Below the pieces are notes generated by a model. That model did no database searches and had not been told where the DNA came from. It saw only the letters and a list, made by a program, of their open reading frames with translations. From IMG/VR virus record IMGVR_UViG_2619619132_000009: 9,826 nt of DNA; one strand, 5' to 3'. A program made the translations under genes and the position numbers. Origin of the DNA: a virus (lineage: Duplodnaviria > Heunggongvirae > Uroviricota > Caudoviricetes). Within the stretch, counting starts at the first letter, position 1; the number at the start of each line of letters is the position of its first letter. Below, piece after piece: positions 1-6,421 of this stretch.

Positions 1-124
1 TCGGTTTACGGGAAACGGTAAACAGGGCGGCGAATGCCCTGCCATCGGACGGCACCGCCGTTGCCGCGAACAGGCTGGCAAATGCCCACACAATTAATGG
101 TGTTCCCTTTGACGGGACGCAGGA
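1..124. repeat. Left copy of the inverted repeat flanking the invertible tail-fibre segment; may extend upstream of the window
   Basis: Positions 1-124 are the exact reverse complement of 1196-1319 (checked base by base; identity breaks at 125/1195). Confidence 0.9.
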
Positions 125-353
125 TATCACTATCTCATCAGGAACAGTAACCGCCATAAGACTGGGGTCGGTGACCGCACATATGCCCGGAACATGGGAA
201 AGCTGGGATCTGAATCTGGGGGGCGGCAATGTTCTTACCGGAATTAAAGTACAGGATGTCGGTAAGAATACGGCAGATAACGTCGGCGGCGTGTATTACC
301 GGCCGTTGCAGTATCTGTTAAATGGAGCATGGGTGACGGCTGCAAGTATATAA
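1..353 (+). CDS. Phage tail-fibre protein, C-terminal portion (5' end lies upstream of the window); currently expressed tip Sv
   Basis: Open frame from position 3 to TAA at 351-353 with no stop (GLRETVNRAANALPSDGTAVAANRLANAHTINGVPFDGTQDITISSG...YYRPLQYLLNGAWVTAASI). Motifs are typical of side tail-fibre C-termini. A Tfa gene and an invertase gene lie adjacent. Confidence 0.8.
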   Translation, partial: GLRETVNRAANALPSDGTAVAANRLANAHTINGVPFDGTQDITISSGTVTAIRLGSVTAHMPGTWESWDLNLGGGNVLTGIKVQDVGKNTADNVGGVYYRPLQYLLNGAWVTAASI

Positions 354-361
354 TGATATTC

Positions 362-387
362 AGAAGGCCTTCCGGCCTTCTTTATTA
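362..387 (+). terminator. Stem-loop between the convergent tail-fibre tip and tfa genes, probable intrinsic terminator
   Basis: Perfect 8-bp stem AGAAGGCC/GGCCTTCT with a TTCC loop (362-381), followed by TTATTA. It lies between the Sv stop (353) and the tfa stop (385). Confidence 0.45.
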
Positions 388-906
388 CTGTGGCTGCTCA
401 GGCCATTTAATGGCGTTAAATTCAGCTTCTGTTTTAATGGCGGGTAGTTCCATTTTCTTCACCTGACTGATGTATGCCATCCATTGGGTAAGTGCTGCTC
501 TGTCTTCATCGCTGATGGTGCCCAGTTGTAGCTCCGTTCTCCAGTCATTAATTTTTTCATATGCCTGATTAAGATATGACTGGCGCATTGCTTCCAGTTT
601 TCTTGCGTAGTTAACCGGAATACGGGAGATTATGCCATTATCAAACTTCCAGTTTCCTGAAATATCCGTGCCTTCAGGGAGTTCATCGACCTCAACCACA
701 GAAAACCCCGCAGGATACAGCGCCGAGGCGTCCTGTGATATTGAGCAGATAACGCCGCTGTCAGGTGTTATGCAAAGTTTATATTTTTTGGTGAATAATG
801 GCAGGGATTCGTAGAAATCCTTACCATCTTCACTCTGGAAATACTGAACATTATTACCATATGGCATATTTTCAGGATAATAACGGGTTATATTTTTTAG
901 TTCCAT
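385..906 (-). CDS. tfa: Tail-fibre assembly chaperone (Tfa family)
   Basis: 173-aa ORF with a strong RBS (AGGAGG, 5-nt spacer, ATG). The C-terminal region (...DRAALTQWMAYISQVKKMELPAIKTEAEFNAIKWPEQP) resembles the conserved Tfa C-terminal domain. It sits directly downstream of the minus-strand fibre tip. Confidence 0.8.
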   Translation of the reverse strand: MELKNITRYYPENMPYGNNVQYFQSEDGKDFYESLPLFTKKYKLCITPDSGVICSISQDASALYPAGFSVVEVDELPEGTDISGNWKFDNGIISRIPVNYARKLEAMRQSYLNQAYEKINDWRTELQLGTISDEDRAALTQWMAYISQVKKMELPAIKTEAEFNAIKWPEQPQ

Positions 907-957
907 AAAATCCTCCTGGAAATAAATCTGTTTTAAAATATATTATTTACTGACTAT

Positions 958-1319
958 TTATAACTGAGATACCGTAATCCATGTACCTCCGACTAATTTT
1001 TGCAGGGGTCTGAATGCTATAAAATCGTTTGAAGCATCAACTTTACTGTCAATCTGCAGGCCTGCCATAACATTACCGTACGCAGAGTAATATGCCCCAC
1101 CGTACATTACCTGCCTGTTCTCTGCTCCCAGCCTGATATCCTGGATATATCGGGAATCCGCATCCTGCTGTGTTATACCAGAAGTGATGTTTATGTCCTG
1201 CGTCCCGTCAAAGGGAACACCATTAATTGTGTGGGCATTTGCCAGCCTGTTCGCGGCAACGGCGGTGCCGTCCGATGGCAGGGCATTCGCCGCCCTGTTT
1301 ACCGTTTCCCGTAAACCGA
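958..1319 (-). CDS. Alternative tail-fibre C-terminal cassette (Sv'), without its own start in this orientation
   Basis: Hand translation of the minus strand continues in frame from the right inverted repeat to a TAA at 958-960 (...GTQDINITSGITQQDADSRYIQDIRLGAENRQVMYGGAYYSAYGNVMAGLQIDSKVDASNDFIAFRPLQKLVGGTWITVSQL). It ends in the same RPLQxLxxGxWxT motif as the plus-strand tip and has no in-frame start codon. Confidence 0.6.
1196..1319. repeat. Right copy of the inverted repeat of the invertible tail-fibre segment
   Basis: Exact reverse complement of 1-124. Confidence 0.9.
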
Positions 1320-1331
1320 GGTTTTCAGGAA
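1306..1331. other. Putative gix/hix-like crossover site for the serine invertase (12-2-12 dyad)
   Basis: TTCCCGTAAACC-GA-GGTTTTCAGGAA: two imperfect 12-bp inverted half-sites (10/12 match) around a central GA. It resembles the recalled Mu gix site (TTCCTGTAAACCGAGGTTTTGGATAA) and sits at the outer edge of the right repeat, 65 bp before the invertase start. The left partner would be centred on window position 1. Confidence 0.5.
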
Positions 1332-1396
1332 AGCCAGGATTAACTCTGTTTTATTCCTCATGCGACAATTCCGGCTTTTTATAATAAGGAAATCGT

Positions 1397-1969
1397 ATGC
1401 TGATTGGGTATATCAGGGTGTCAACAAATGACCAGAATACGGCGCTACAAAGAAATGCGCTGGAATGTGCAGGATGTGAGCTGTTTTTCGAAGACAGAAT
1501 AAGCGGTAAGACAAGGGAGCGTCCCGGACTTAAACGCGCATTAAAGCGACTCCGGCCAGGGGATACCCTGCTGGTCTGGAAACTGGATCGCCTTGGACGC
1601 AGTATGCAGCACCTTGTCCTTTTAACAGAAGAACTCCGGCAACGCGGCGTTAACTTCCGCAGCATTACGGACAATATTGATACATCCACTCCCATGGGAC
1701 GTTTCTTTTTCCATATAATGGGCGCGCTGGCGGAAATGGAGCGGGAACTCATTATTGAACGTACACGCGCGGGTCTTGCTGCTGCCCGTGCTCAGGGGCG
1801 TCATGGCGGCAGACCTCAGAAACTGACAGAGAAAGAGCGGGAGCAAATCGCCCGTTTGCTGGCTAATGGCGAGTCCCGTAAACAAATCGCACTGATATTT
1901 GATATTGGCCTTTCCACCCTTTATCGTTATTTTCCTGCCTCACCAGCTCCGTCACCAAAAGTACCGTGA
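1397..1969 (+). CDS. pin: Serine DNA invertase of the Gin/Pin/Hin family
   Basis: 190 aa, MLIGYIRVSTNDQNTALQRNALECAGCE...VWKLDRLGRSMQHL...MGRFFFHIMGALAEMERELIIERTRAGL... Near-collinear with Mu Gin and e14 Pin as recalled, with the catalytic Ser in the RVST motif and a C-terminal HTH. Preceded by RBS AAGGA. Confidence 0.9.
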   Translation: MLIGYIRVSTNDQNTALQRNALECAGCELFFEDRISGKTRERPGLKRALKRLRPGDTLLVWKLDRLGRSMQHLVLLTEELRQRGVNFRSITDNIDTSTPMGRFFFHIMGALAEMERELIIERTRAGLAAARAQGRHGGRPQKLTEKEREQIARLLANGESRKQIALIFDIGLSTLYRYFPASPAPSPKVP

Positions 1970-2054
1970 CGCTTTTTTGAATTTCCGCAAAACACATATT
2001 TTTCAGCGGTCGCTATTCTGACTCTGTTTAATTCAGAAACAGGCAGAAAAGACG

Positions 2055-4109
2055 ATGTCAGACTCCAAGTGGAAAATGCTCTCCGCCATGCCCGGAGAGT
2101 TTTCAGTCAAGGTTGCCGGTGGCACGGTGGCATTTATTGAAAGCCCTTTCCGCCCTTCGGGTAATAAAGGGGGGATCACCTTCGCAGACTGCGTGATCCG
2201 CTTCAGCACGAAAGAGCCATTATGGGTAATGCCGGTATCCGGTAATCCCAGTGCAGAAATCACCAGTTCAGGCGTGACTGGCATCATTCCAATCACATCT
2301 GACGTGGCCGGAACGCTCACGCCCTCCGACTGGAATGCACCGGATAACGCCGGGCCTTCCGGTAGCACGAATGGCAGCAGTTCAGAGCCGGAATATTACT
2401 TTGTTGTCATTCTCGCGGGTCAGTCAAATGGCATGGCCTACGGCGAGGGGCTGCCGTTACCGGATTCGTTTGACCGCCCGGACCCACGCATTAAGCAACT
2501 GGCACGCCGCAGTACGGTAACGCCCAACGGTACGTCGTGTACATACAACGACATCATTCCGGCAGACCACTGCCTGCATGATGTTCAGGATATGAGCGGG
2601 ATAAACCACCCGAAAGCTGATCTGGCAAAAGGCCAGTACGGGACTGTCGGTCAGGGGTTGCATATTGCCAAAAAACTGCTTCCCTATATCCCACAGAATG
2701 CCGGGATACTTCTGGTGCCCTGTTGTCGTGGCGGGTCAGCATTCACCACTGGAGCCGACGGCTCATTCAGTGAGGCCAGCGGTGCTTCCGCTGATTCTTC
2801 ACGCTGGGGGGCCGGTAAACCTCTGTATCAGGACCTGGTAAGCCGCACCAAAGTCGCGCTGGCGAAAAACCCGAAAAACAAACTTCTGGCTGTGGTCTGG
2901 ATGCAGGGAGAGGCAGACCTTGCCTCAGGAAGCCAGCAGCATAATAGTTTATTCACGGCCATGGTTCAGCAGTTCAGAACTGACCTGGCTCCGCTTGCTG
3001 CGCAGTGCGTGAGTGGAAATGCCACCACGGTGCCGTGGATTTGCGGTGATACCACGTATTACTGGAAAAACGCTGGCACCGATAAATATGAGGCAGTATA
3101 CGGTGGCTACAAAGGCAAGGAAGCACAGAAAATTTTCTTTGTACCGTTCCTGACGGATGAGAATGGACAGAGCACGCCAACGAATGCTCCGGCGGAAGAC
3201 CCGGATATTGTGGCTGTCGGGTATTACGGTGCAGCATCCCGAACCCAGGGCAGTTTTGTTTCGACACAGCGTGACAGCCATTTCAGCTCATGGGCACGCA
3301 GGGGCGTCATTTCAGACCGTCTGGCCTCAGCTATTATGCTCCATGCAGGGCGCACGGCTGAACTGATGCGCGGGCAGACCGTGACACCACCGGATGAGAA
3401 GCCGTCACCTGATACACCATCAAAACCGTCCACGCCACCCGCAGACACCACGACGATGAGTACGCTATTTGCTTACCGGGCATCTGAGTCTGAAGGACGG
3501 TTGACACCACAGGGTTGGGCTGCCGGAGGTGGCAAGGCTCAAATCGTGGATGATGCCGGAGCCAGCGGGGGTAAGGCAATGAAACTGACCAAGGAAACAG
3601 GAAGAGCCCCCTGGTACCTTGAGCATGATGCTGGTAATGGTGCGGACCTGCTGGGTAAAGGTGGTCTTGTCAGTTGTCGTTTTAAACTCGATGGCGCGCT
3701 TACGGCTAATCAGTACGCACTGGCGCTGTACTGGCCGGTTTCTGCCCTGCCGCAAGGGGTTACTCTGGAAGGAAATGCCGGTCATAACCTGCTGGCATCG
3801 TTCTACGTACAGAGCGATGCCACAGACCTTAACGTGATGTATCACAAAGGAAACACGGCGCAGAACACGAAGCTGGGGTCATTCGGCGCATTTAATAACG
3901 AATGGCATACGCTGGGCTTCCGTTTTGCCGGTAACAACAGTATTGAGGTGACGCCGGTCATTGATGGTAAGGACGGGACACCATTCATGCTGTCGCAGTC
4001 TCCGGTCGGCACGTTTACGGCAGACAAGTTGCGCGTGACCGATATCACTAAAAATGCGACTTACCCGGTACTGATTGACAGTATCGTGGTGGAAGTGAAT
4101 AACGCGTAA
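2055..4109 (+). CDS. Prophage NanS-p-like sialate O-acetylesterase (SGNH/SASA esterase) with N-terminal extension and C-terminal lectin-like domain
   Basis: 684 aa. The core YYFVVILAGQSNGMAYGEGLPLPD...PRIKQLARRSTVTP...GILLVPCCRGGSAFT...VWMQGEAD resembles recalled E. coli NanS/YjhS and prophage NanS-p proteins. A P/T/S-rich linker (PPDEKPSPDTPSKPSTPPADTTT) is followed by about 230 aa that look like a beta-sandwich carbohydrate-binding domain. Confidence 0.6.
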   Translation: MSDSKWKMLSAMPGEFSVKVAGGTVAFIESPFRPSGNKGGITFADCVIRFSTKEPLWVMPVSGNPSAEITSSGVTGIIPITSDVAGTLTPSDWNAPDNAGPSGSTNGSSSEPEYYFVVILAGQSNGMAYGEGLPLPDSFDRPDPRIKQLARRSTVTPNGTSCTYNDIIPADHCLHDVQDMSGINHPKADLAKGQYGTVGQGLHIAKKLLPYIPQNAGILLVPCCRGGSAFTTGADGSFSEASGASADSSRWGAGKPLYQDLVSRTKVALAKNPKNKLLAVVWMQGEADLASGSQQHNSLFTAMVQQFRTDLAPLAAQCVSGNATTVPWICGDTTYYWKNAGTDKYEAVYGGYKGKEAQKIFFVPFLTDENGQSTPTNAPAEDPDIVAVGYYGAASRTQGSFVSTQRDSHFSSWARRGVISDRLASAIMLHAGRTAELMRGQTVTPPDEKPSPDTPSKPSTPPADTTTMSTLFAYRASESEGRLTPQGWAAGGGKAQIVDDAGASGGKAMKLTKETGRAPWYLEHDAGNGADLLGKGGLVSCRFKLDGALTANQYALALYWPVSALPQGVTLEGNAGHNLLASFYVQSDATDLNVMYHKGNTAQNTKLGSFGAFNNEWHTLGFRFAGNNSIEVTPVIDGKDGTPFMLSQSPVGTFTADKLRVTDITKNATYPVLIDSIVVEVNNA

Positions 4110-4124
4110 GCAGGATAAAAAAAT

Positions 4125-4157
4125 GCCGCCGGTAAGGGAAAACAAGAAACCGGCGGC
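4125..4157 (-). terminator. GC-rich stem-loop flanked by A-runs on the plus strand (T-runs on the minus strand); terminator-like, orientation favours leftward transcripts
   Basis: 9-bp perfect stem GCCGCCGGT/ACCGGCGGC (4125-4133, 4149-4157), preceded by AAAAAAAT and followed by AAAAAG. Confidence 0.35.
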
Positions 4158-4253
4158 AAAAAGATCGTTATATCCAAAGCAAAAAATGCAGTGCACCTTT
4201 TTACCTAACAGATATTACCGGTGTCAACACCATGTCAATAATTGGGAGGGATA

Positions 4254-4436
4254 ATGACATTTTTACAGCTTATTTTATTGTATTTCTGCACGGCAGTATG
4301 TGCGTTATATCTGGTGAGTGGTGGTTATAAGGCCATCAGAAATTATGTTCGCCGCAAAATTGAGGACGCAGCAGCTGAAAAACTCAGTAAAACAGCGCAG
4401 GTAACTCCGCTCCCAAAAGACCCGACCCAGCCCTGA
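4254..4436 (+). CDS. Small hypothetical membrane protein (60 aa, one N-terminal hydrophobic helix)
   Basis: RBS GGGAGGG (4244-4250) then ATG at 4254. MTFLQLILLYFCTAVCALYLVSGGYKAIRNYVRRKIEDAAAEKL... The track's TTG at 4242 overlaps the RBS, so 4254 is preferred. Confidence 0.5.
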   Translation: MTFLQLILLYFCTAVCALYLVSGGYKAIRNYVRRKIEDAAAEKLSKTAQVTPLPKDPTQP

Positions 4437-4471
4437 TTGCAGGGCTTTATTCCCGCATAAGGAGGATATAC

Positions 4472-4726
4472 ATGCCAGAAATTAAAGGCACCGTCACTGA
4501 AGACCTGGTAAAACAGGCACTGTATTCCGGTGAAGTAAATAAGTTGCTGAAAGCGCAGGTCCGCAAGGATTTTGAGGCACAAATCGACACTTACGTTGAT
4601 GAAGTGCTGGCAAAACTTATTGGGCCAGCAGTTGCGGCCAGTGATGCTGATAATGAGCCGAAAACCGACGCGCAGCCAGAGCAACCAGACCCGGCTCAGC
4701 CCGGAACTGACAGTACCATGATGTAA
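4472..4726 (+). CDS. Small hypothetical protein (84 aa, acidic Pro-rich C-terminus)
   Basis: Strong RBS AAGGAGG with a 6-nt spacer before ATG 4472. No recognisable family. Confidence 0.55.
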   Translation: MPEIKGTVTEDLVKQALYSGEVNKLLKAQVRKDFEAQIDTYVDEVLAKLIGPAVAASDADNEPKTDAQPEQPDPAQPGTDSTMM

Positions 4727-4731
4727 CAATA

Positions 4732-4759
4732 CAAACCGGTGGTGTCCTCTGCCGGTTTG
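4732..4759 (+). terminator. Weak stem-loop after the 84-aa ORF
   Basis: CAAACCGG...CCGGTTTG 8-bp stem with a 12-nt loop immediately after the stop at 4724-4726; no clear U-tract. Confidence 0.3.
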
Positions 4760-4986
4760 ACACTAATGAAAACATCTTTGCCGCTATCCAGCCATATGTA
4801 ATCGCTGGATAGTATTTCGTATTCAGAAATATAGCTGCTTATGGAGCAGTCAATCCTGCTTCCCCATCCGGGCAGGCAAATGAACCGGTATCATTAGTCC
4901 GATTCACGCTTTTGTAGAATCGTTCCCAGAATGCTATACAGCTCATTAGCCTGTTGCTCCATCATTGAGACGGAGGCTATACGGTG

Positions 4987-4995
4987 CAAAGTGAT
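4987..4995. repeat. Left 9-bp target-site duplication of IS1 (CAAAGTGAT)
   Basis: Identical 9-mer directly abuts both IS1 ends (4987-4995 and 5764-5772). Confidence 0.85.
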
Positions 4996-5050
4996 GGTAA
5001 TGCTGCCAACTTACTGATTTAGTGTATGATGGTGATTTTAAGGTGCTTGC

Positions 5051-5326
5051 GTGGCTTCCATTTCCATCAGATGTCCTTCCTGCTCCGCTACTGAAGGCGT
5101 GGTGCGTAACGGCAAAAGTACTGCCGGATATCAGCGCTATCTCTGCTCTCATTGCCGTAAAACATGGCAACTACAGTTCACTTACACCGCCTCTCAGCCC
5201 GGTAAGCACCAGAAAATCATTGATATGGCCATGAATGGCGTCGGATGTCGCGCCAGTGCACGCATTATGGGCGTTGGCCTCAACACGGTTTTACGTCACT
5301 TAAAAAACTCAGGCCGCAGTCGGTAA
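5051..5326 (+). CDS. insA: IS1 InsA (zinc-finger/HTH transposition regulator)
   Basis: [43 protein letters not shown]...[14 protein letters not shown], 91 aa, GTG start. Confidence 0.9.
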   Translation: MASISIRCPSCSATEGVVRNGKSTAGYQRYLCSHCRKTWQLQFTYTASQPGKHQKIIDMAMNGVGCRASARIMGVGLNTVLRHLKNSGRSR

Positions 5327-5748
5327 CCTCGCGCATACAACCGGGCAGTGATGTGATTGTCTGCGCTGAAATGGACGAACAGTGGGGCTACGTCGGTGCT
5401 AAATCACGTCAGCGCTGGCTGTTTTACGCGTATGACAGGATACGGAGGACGGTTGTGGCGCACGTCTTCGGTGAACGCACTCTGGCCACACTGGAGCGTC
5501 TTCTGAGCCTGCTGTCGGCCTTTGAGGTCGTGGTATAGATGACGGATGGCTGGCCGCTGTATGAATCACGCCTGAAGGGAAAGCTGCACGTTATCAGCAA
5601 GCGTTACACTCAGCGCATTGAGCGACATAATCTGAATCTGAGACAACATCTGGCAAGGCTGGGACGGAAGTCACTGTCGTTCTCAAAATCGGTGGAGCTG
5701 CATGACAAGGTCATCGGGCATTATCTGAACATAAAACACTATCAGTAA
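5245..5748 (+). pseudogene. insB: IS1 insB frame interrupted by an in-frame amber codon
   Basis: The InsB frame reads ...LSAFEVVV then TAG at 5536-5538, then [69 protein letters not shown] in the same frame. Canonical IS1 as recalled has ...VVIW MTDGW here, implying TGG to TAG. Confidence 0.7.
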
Positions 5749-5763
5749 GTTGGAGTCATTACC

Positions 5764-5772
5764 CAAAGTGAT
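5764..5772. repeat. Right 9-bp target-site duplication of IS1 (CAAAGTGAT)
   Basis: Identical to 4987-4995. Confidence 0.85.
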
Positions 5773-6154
5773 TTCAGGAGGTGGCACACCTCCATCTTCT
5801 TGCTGTGGAGGAAAAACATAAGATTTAATAAAAAAGTTGAAGCATATGAACTCTCCCGCACTCGAACTGTATTTGCAGGCATCTGAATAATCGGAAAAAT
5901 AATCATTATAGATTTCCGCATTTTCAATCATTTTTCGATTTCTCGTCGTTACATGATTGTCCATAGCAGCCTCTTACGCTGGCAATTAACCAATTGACTT
6001 CTATAAATTAGTTGATTTGTTTGCTTTGCGGTATTCAAATGTACAATCATTCAGCACTTATGCGTTACAGCACCGTTTAAAATTAGTGATCAAACTCATA
6101 AATTTTCGCTAATGACATTTCGTGTTATTTGTTGTATCAATTAAATAAATCAAA

Positions 6155-6177
6155 TCGATCGTTTTTGTCGATCGATT
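6155..6177. promoter_or_regulatory. Perfect palindrome ATCGATCG-N7-CGATCGAT carrying two Dam (GATC) sites, upstream of com-mom; candidate methylation-sensitive operator
   Basis: 8-bp perfect inverted repeat with a 7-bp T-rich spacer. GATC at 6157-6160 and 6170-6173, with a third GATC at 6088-6091, all within about 135 bp upstream of the com ATG in an AT-rich divergent intergenic region. Confidence 0.45.
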
Positions 6178-6220
6178 GAGTGATAAAGATATCAACAACA
6201 AAGCAGGAGGTTATGCGGCC

Positions 6221-6421
6221 ATGTATCGAAACATACGGTGCCGACATTGTAACAAGCTACTGGCACGAGCCAGCTTCAGTTATCTGGAAGTTAAATGTCC
6301 GCGCTGTAAAACCCTCAATCAAATCACATCTCAGAGCGCCACAGAGCACCCCACATACACAAGGAAATCCTGTCGTGGGGAACAGAAAGCAAGTTACATC
6401 CCGTATCATCAGCACGCCTGA
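6221..6421 (+). CDS. com: Com-like zinc-ribbon translational activator (phage Mu Com family)
   Basis: [35 protein letters not shown]... has Cys at 7, 10, 26 and 29 (CxxC-N15-CxxC) and strong resemblance to recalled Mu Com (MKSIRCKNCNKLL...IRCPRCK). RBS AGGAGG lies 10 nt upstream; the 3' end overlaps the next gene. Confidence 0.75.
   Translation: MYRNIRCRHCNKLLARASFSYLEVKCPRCKTLNQITSQSATEHPTYTRKSCRGEQKASYIPYHQHA

Larger units (their letters stand above)
4996..5763 (+). mobile_element. IS1 insertion sequence, 768 bp
   Basis: Left end GGTAATGCTGCCAACTTACTGAT and right end ...ATCAGTAAGTTGGAGTCATTACC match the recalled IS1 terminal repeats. InsA and InsB coding regions and the A6C frameshift motif (TTAAAAAACTC, about 5301-5311) are present; the length is exactly 768 bp. 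Confidence 0.95.
4894..5964 (-). pseudogene. Small leftward ORF of unknown function interrupted by IS1 (about 97 aa when the insertion and one target-duplication copy are removed)
   Basis: Minus-strand ORF starts at ATG 5964 (RBS AAGAGG 5 nt upstream) and runs into the right IS1 end. Hand translation across the duplication (ITL) continues left of IS1 as HRIASVSMMEQQANELYSILGTILQKRESD to a TAA at 4894-4896. Confidence 0.6.

Noticed and set aside
1332-1396. Invertase promoter (TATAAT-like hexamer at 1380-1385)
   Set aside because: The hexamer sits only 11 nt before the start codon and merges with the RBS region, and no properly spaced -35 was found. The promoter is left unannotated.
1184-1752. 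Plus-strand ORF 1184-1384 and minus-strand ORF 1351-1752
   Set aside because: The first lies across the inverted repeat and crossover site as the antisense of the silent fibre tip. The second is antisense to the well-supported invertase gene.
2033-4196. Several 60-130 aa minus-strand and off-frame ORFs inside the esterase gene
   Set aside because: They are fully embedded in a 684-aa gene with a recognisable esterase core, and none has a convincing RBS.
4242-4253. TTG start at 4242 for the 60-aa ORF
   Set aside because: The TTG overlaps the GGGAGGG Shine-Dalgarno sequence. ATG 4254 is correctly spaced from it.
5022-5234. 70-aa ORF inside IS1 overlapping insA
   Set aside because: It is an alternative-frame artefact within the well-defined IS1 insA region.
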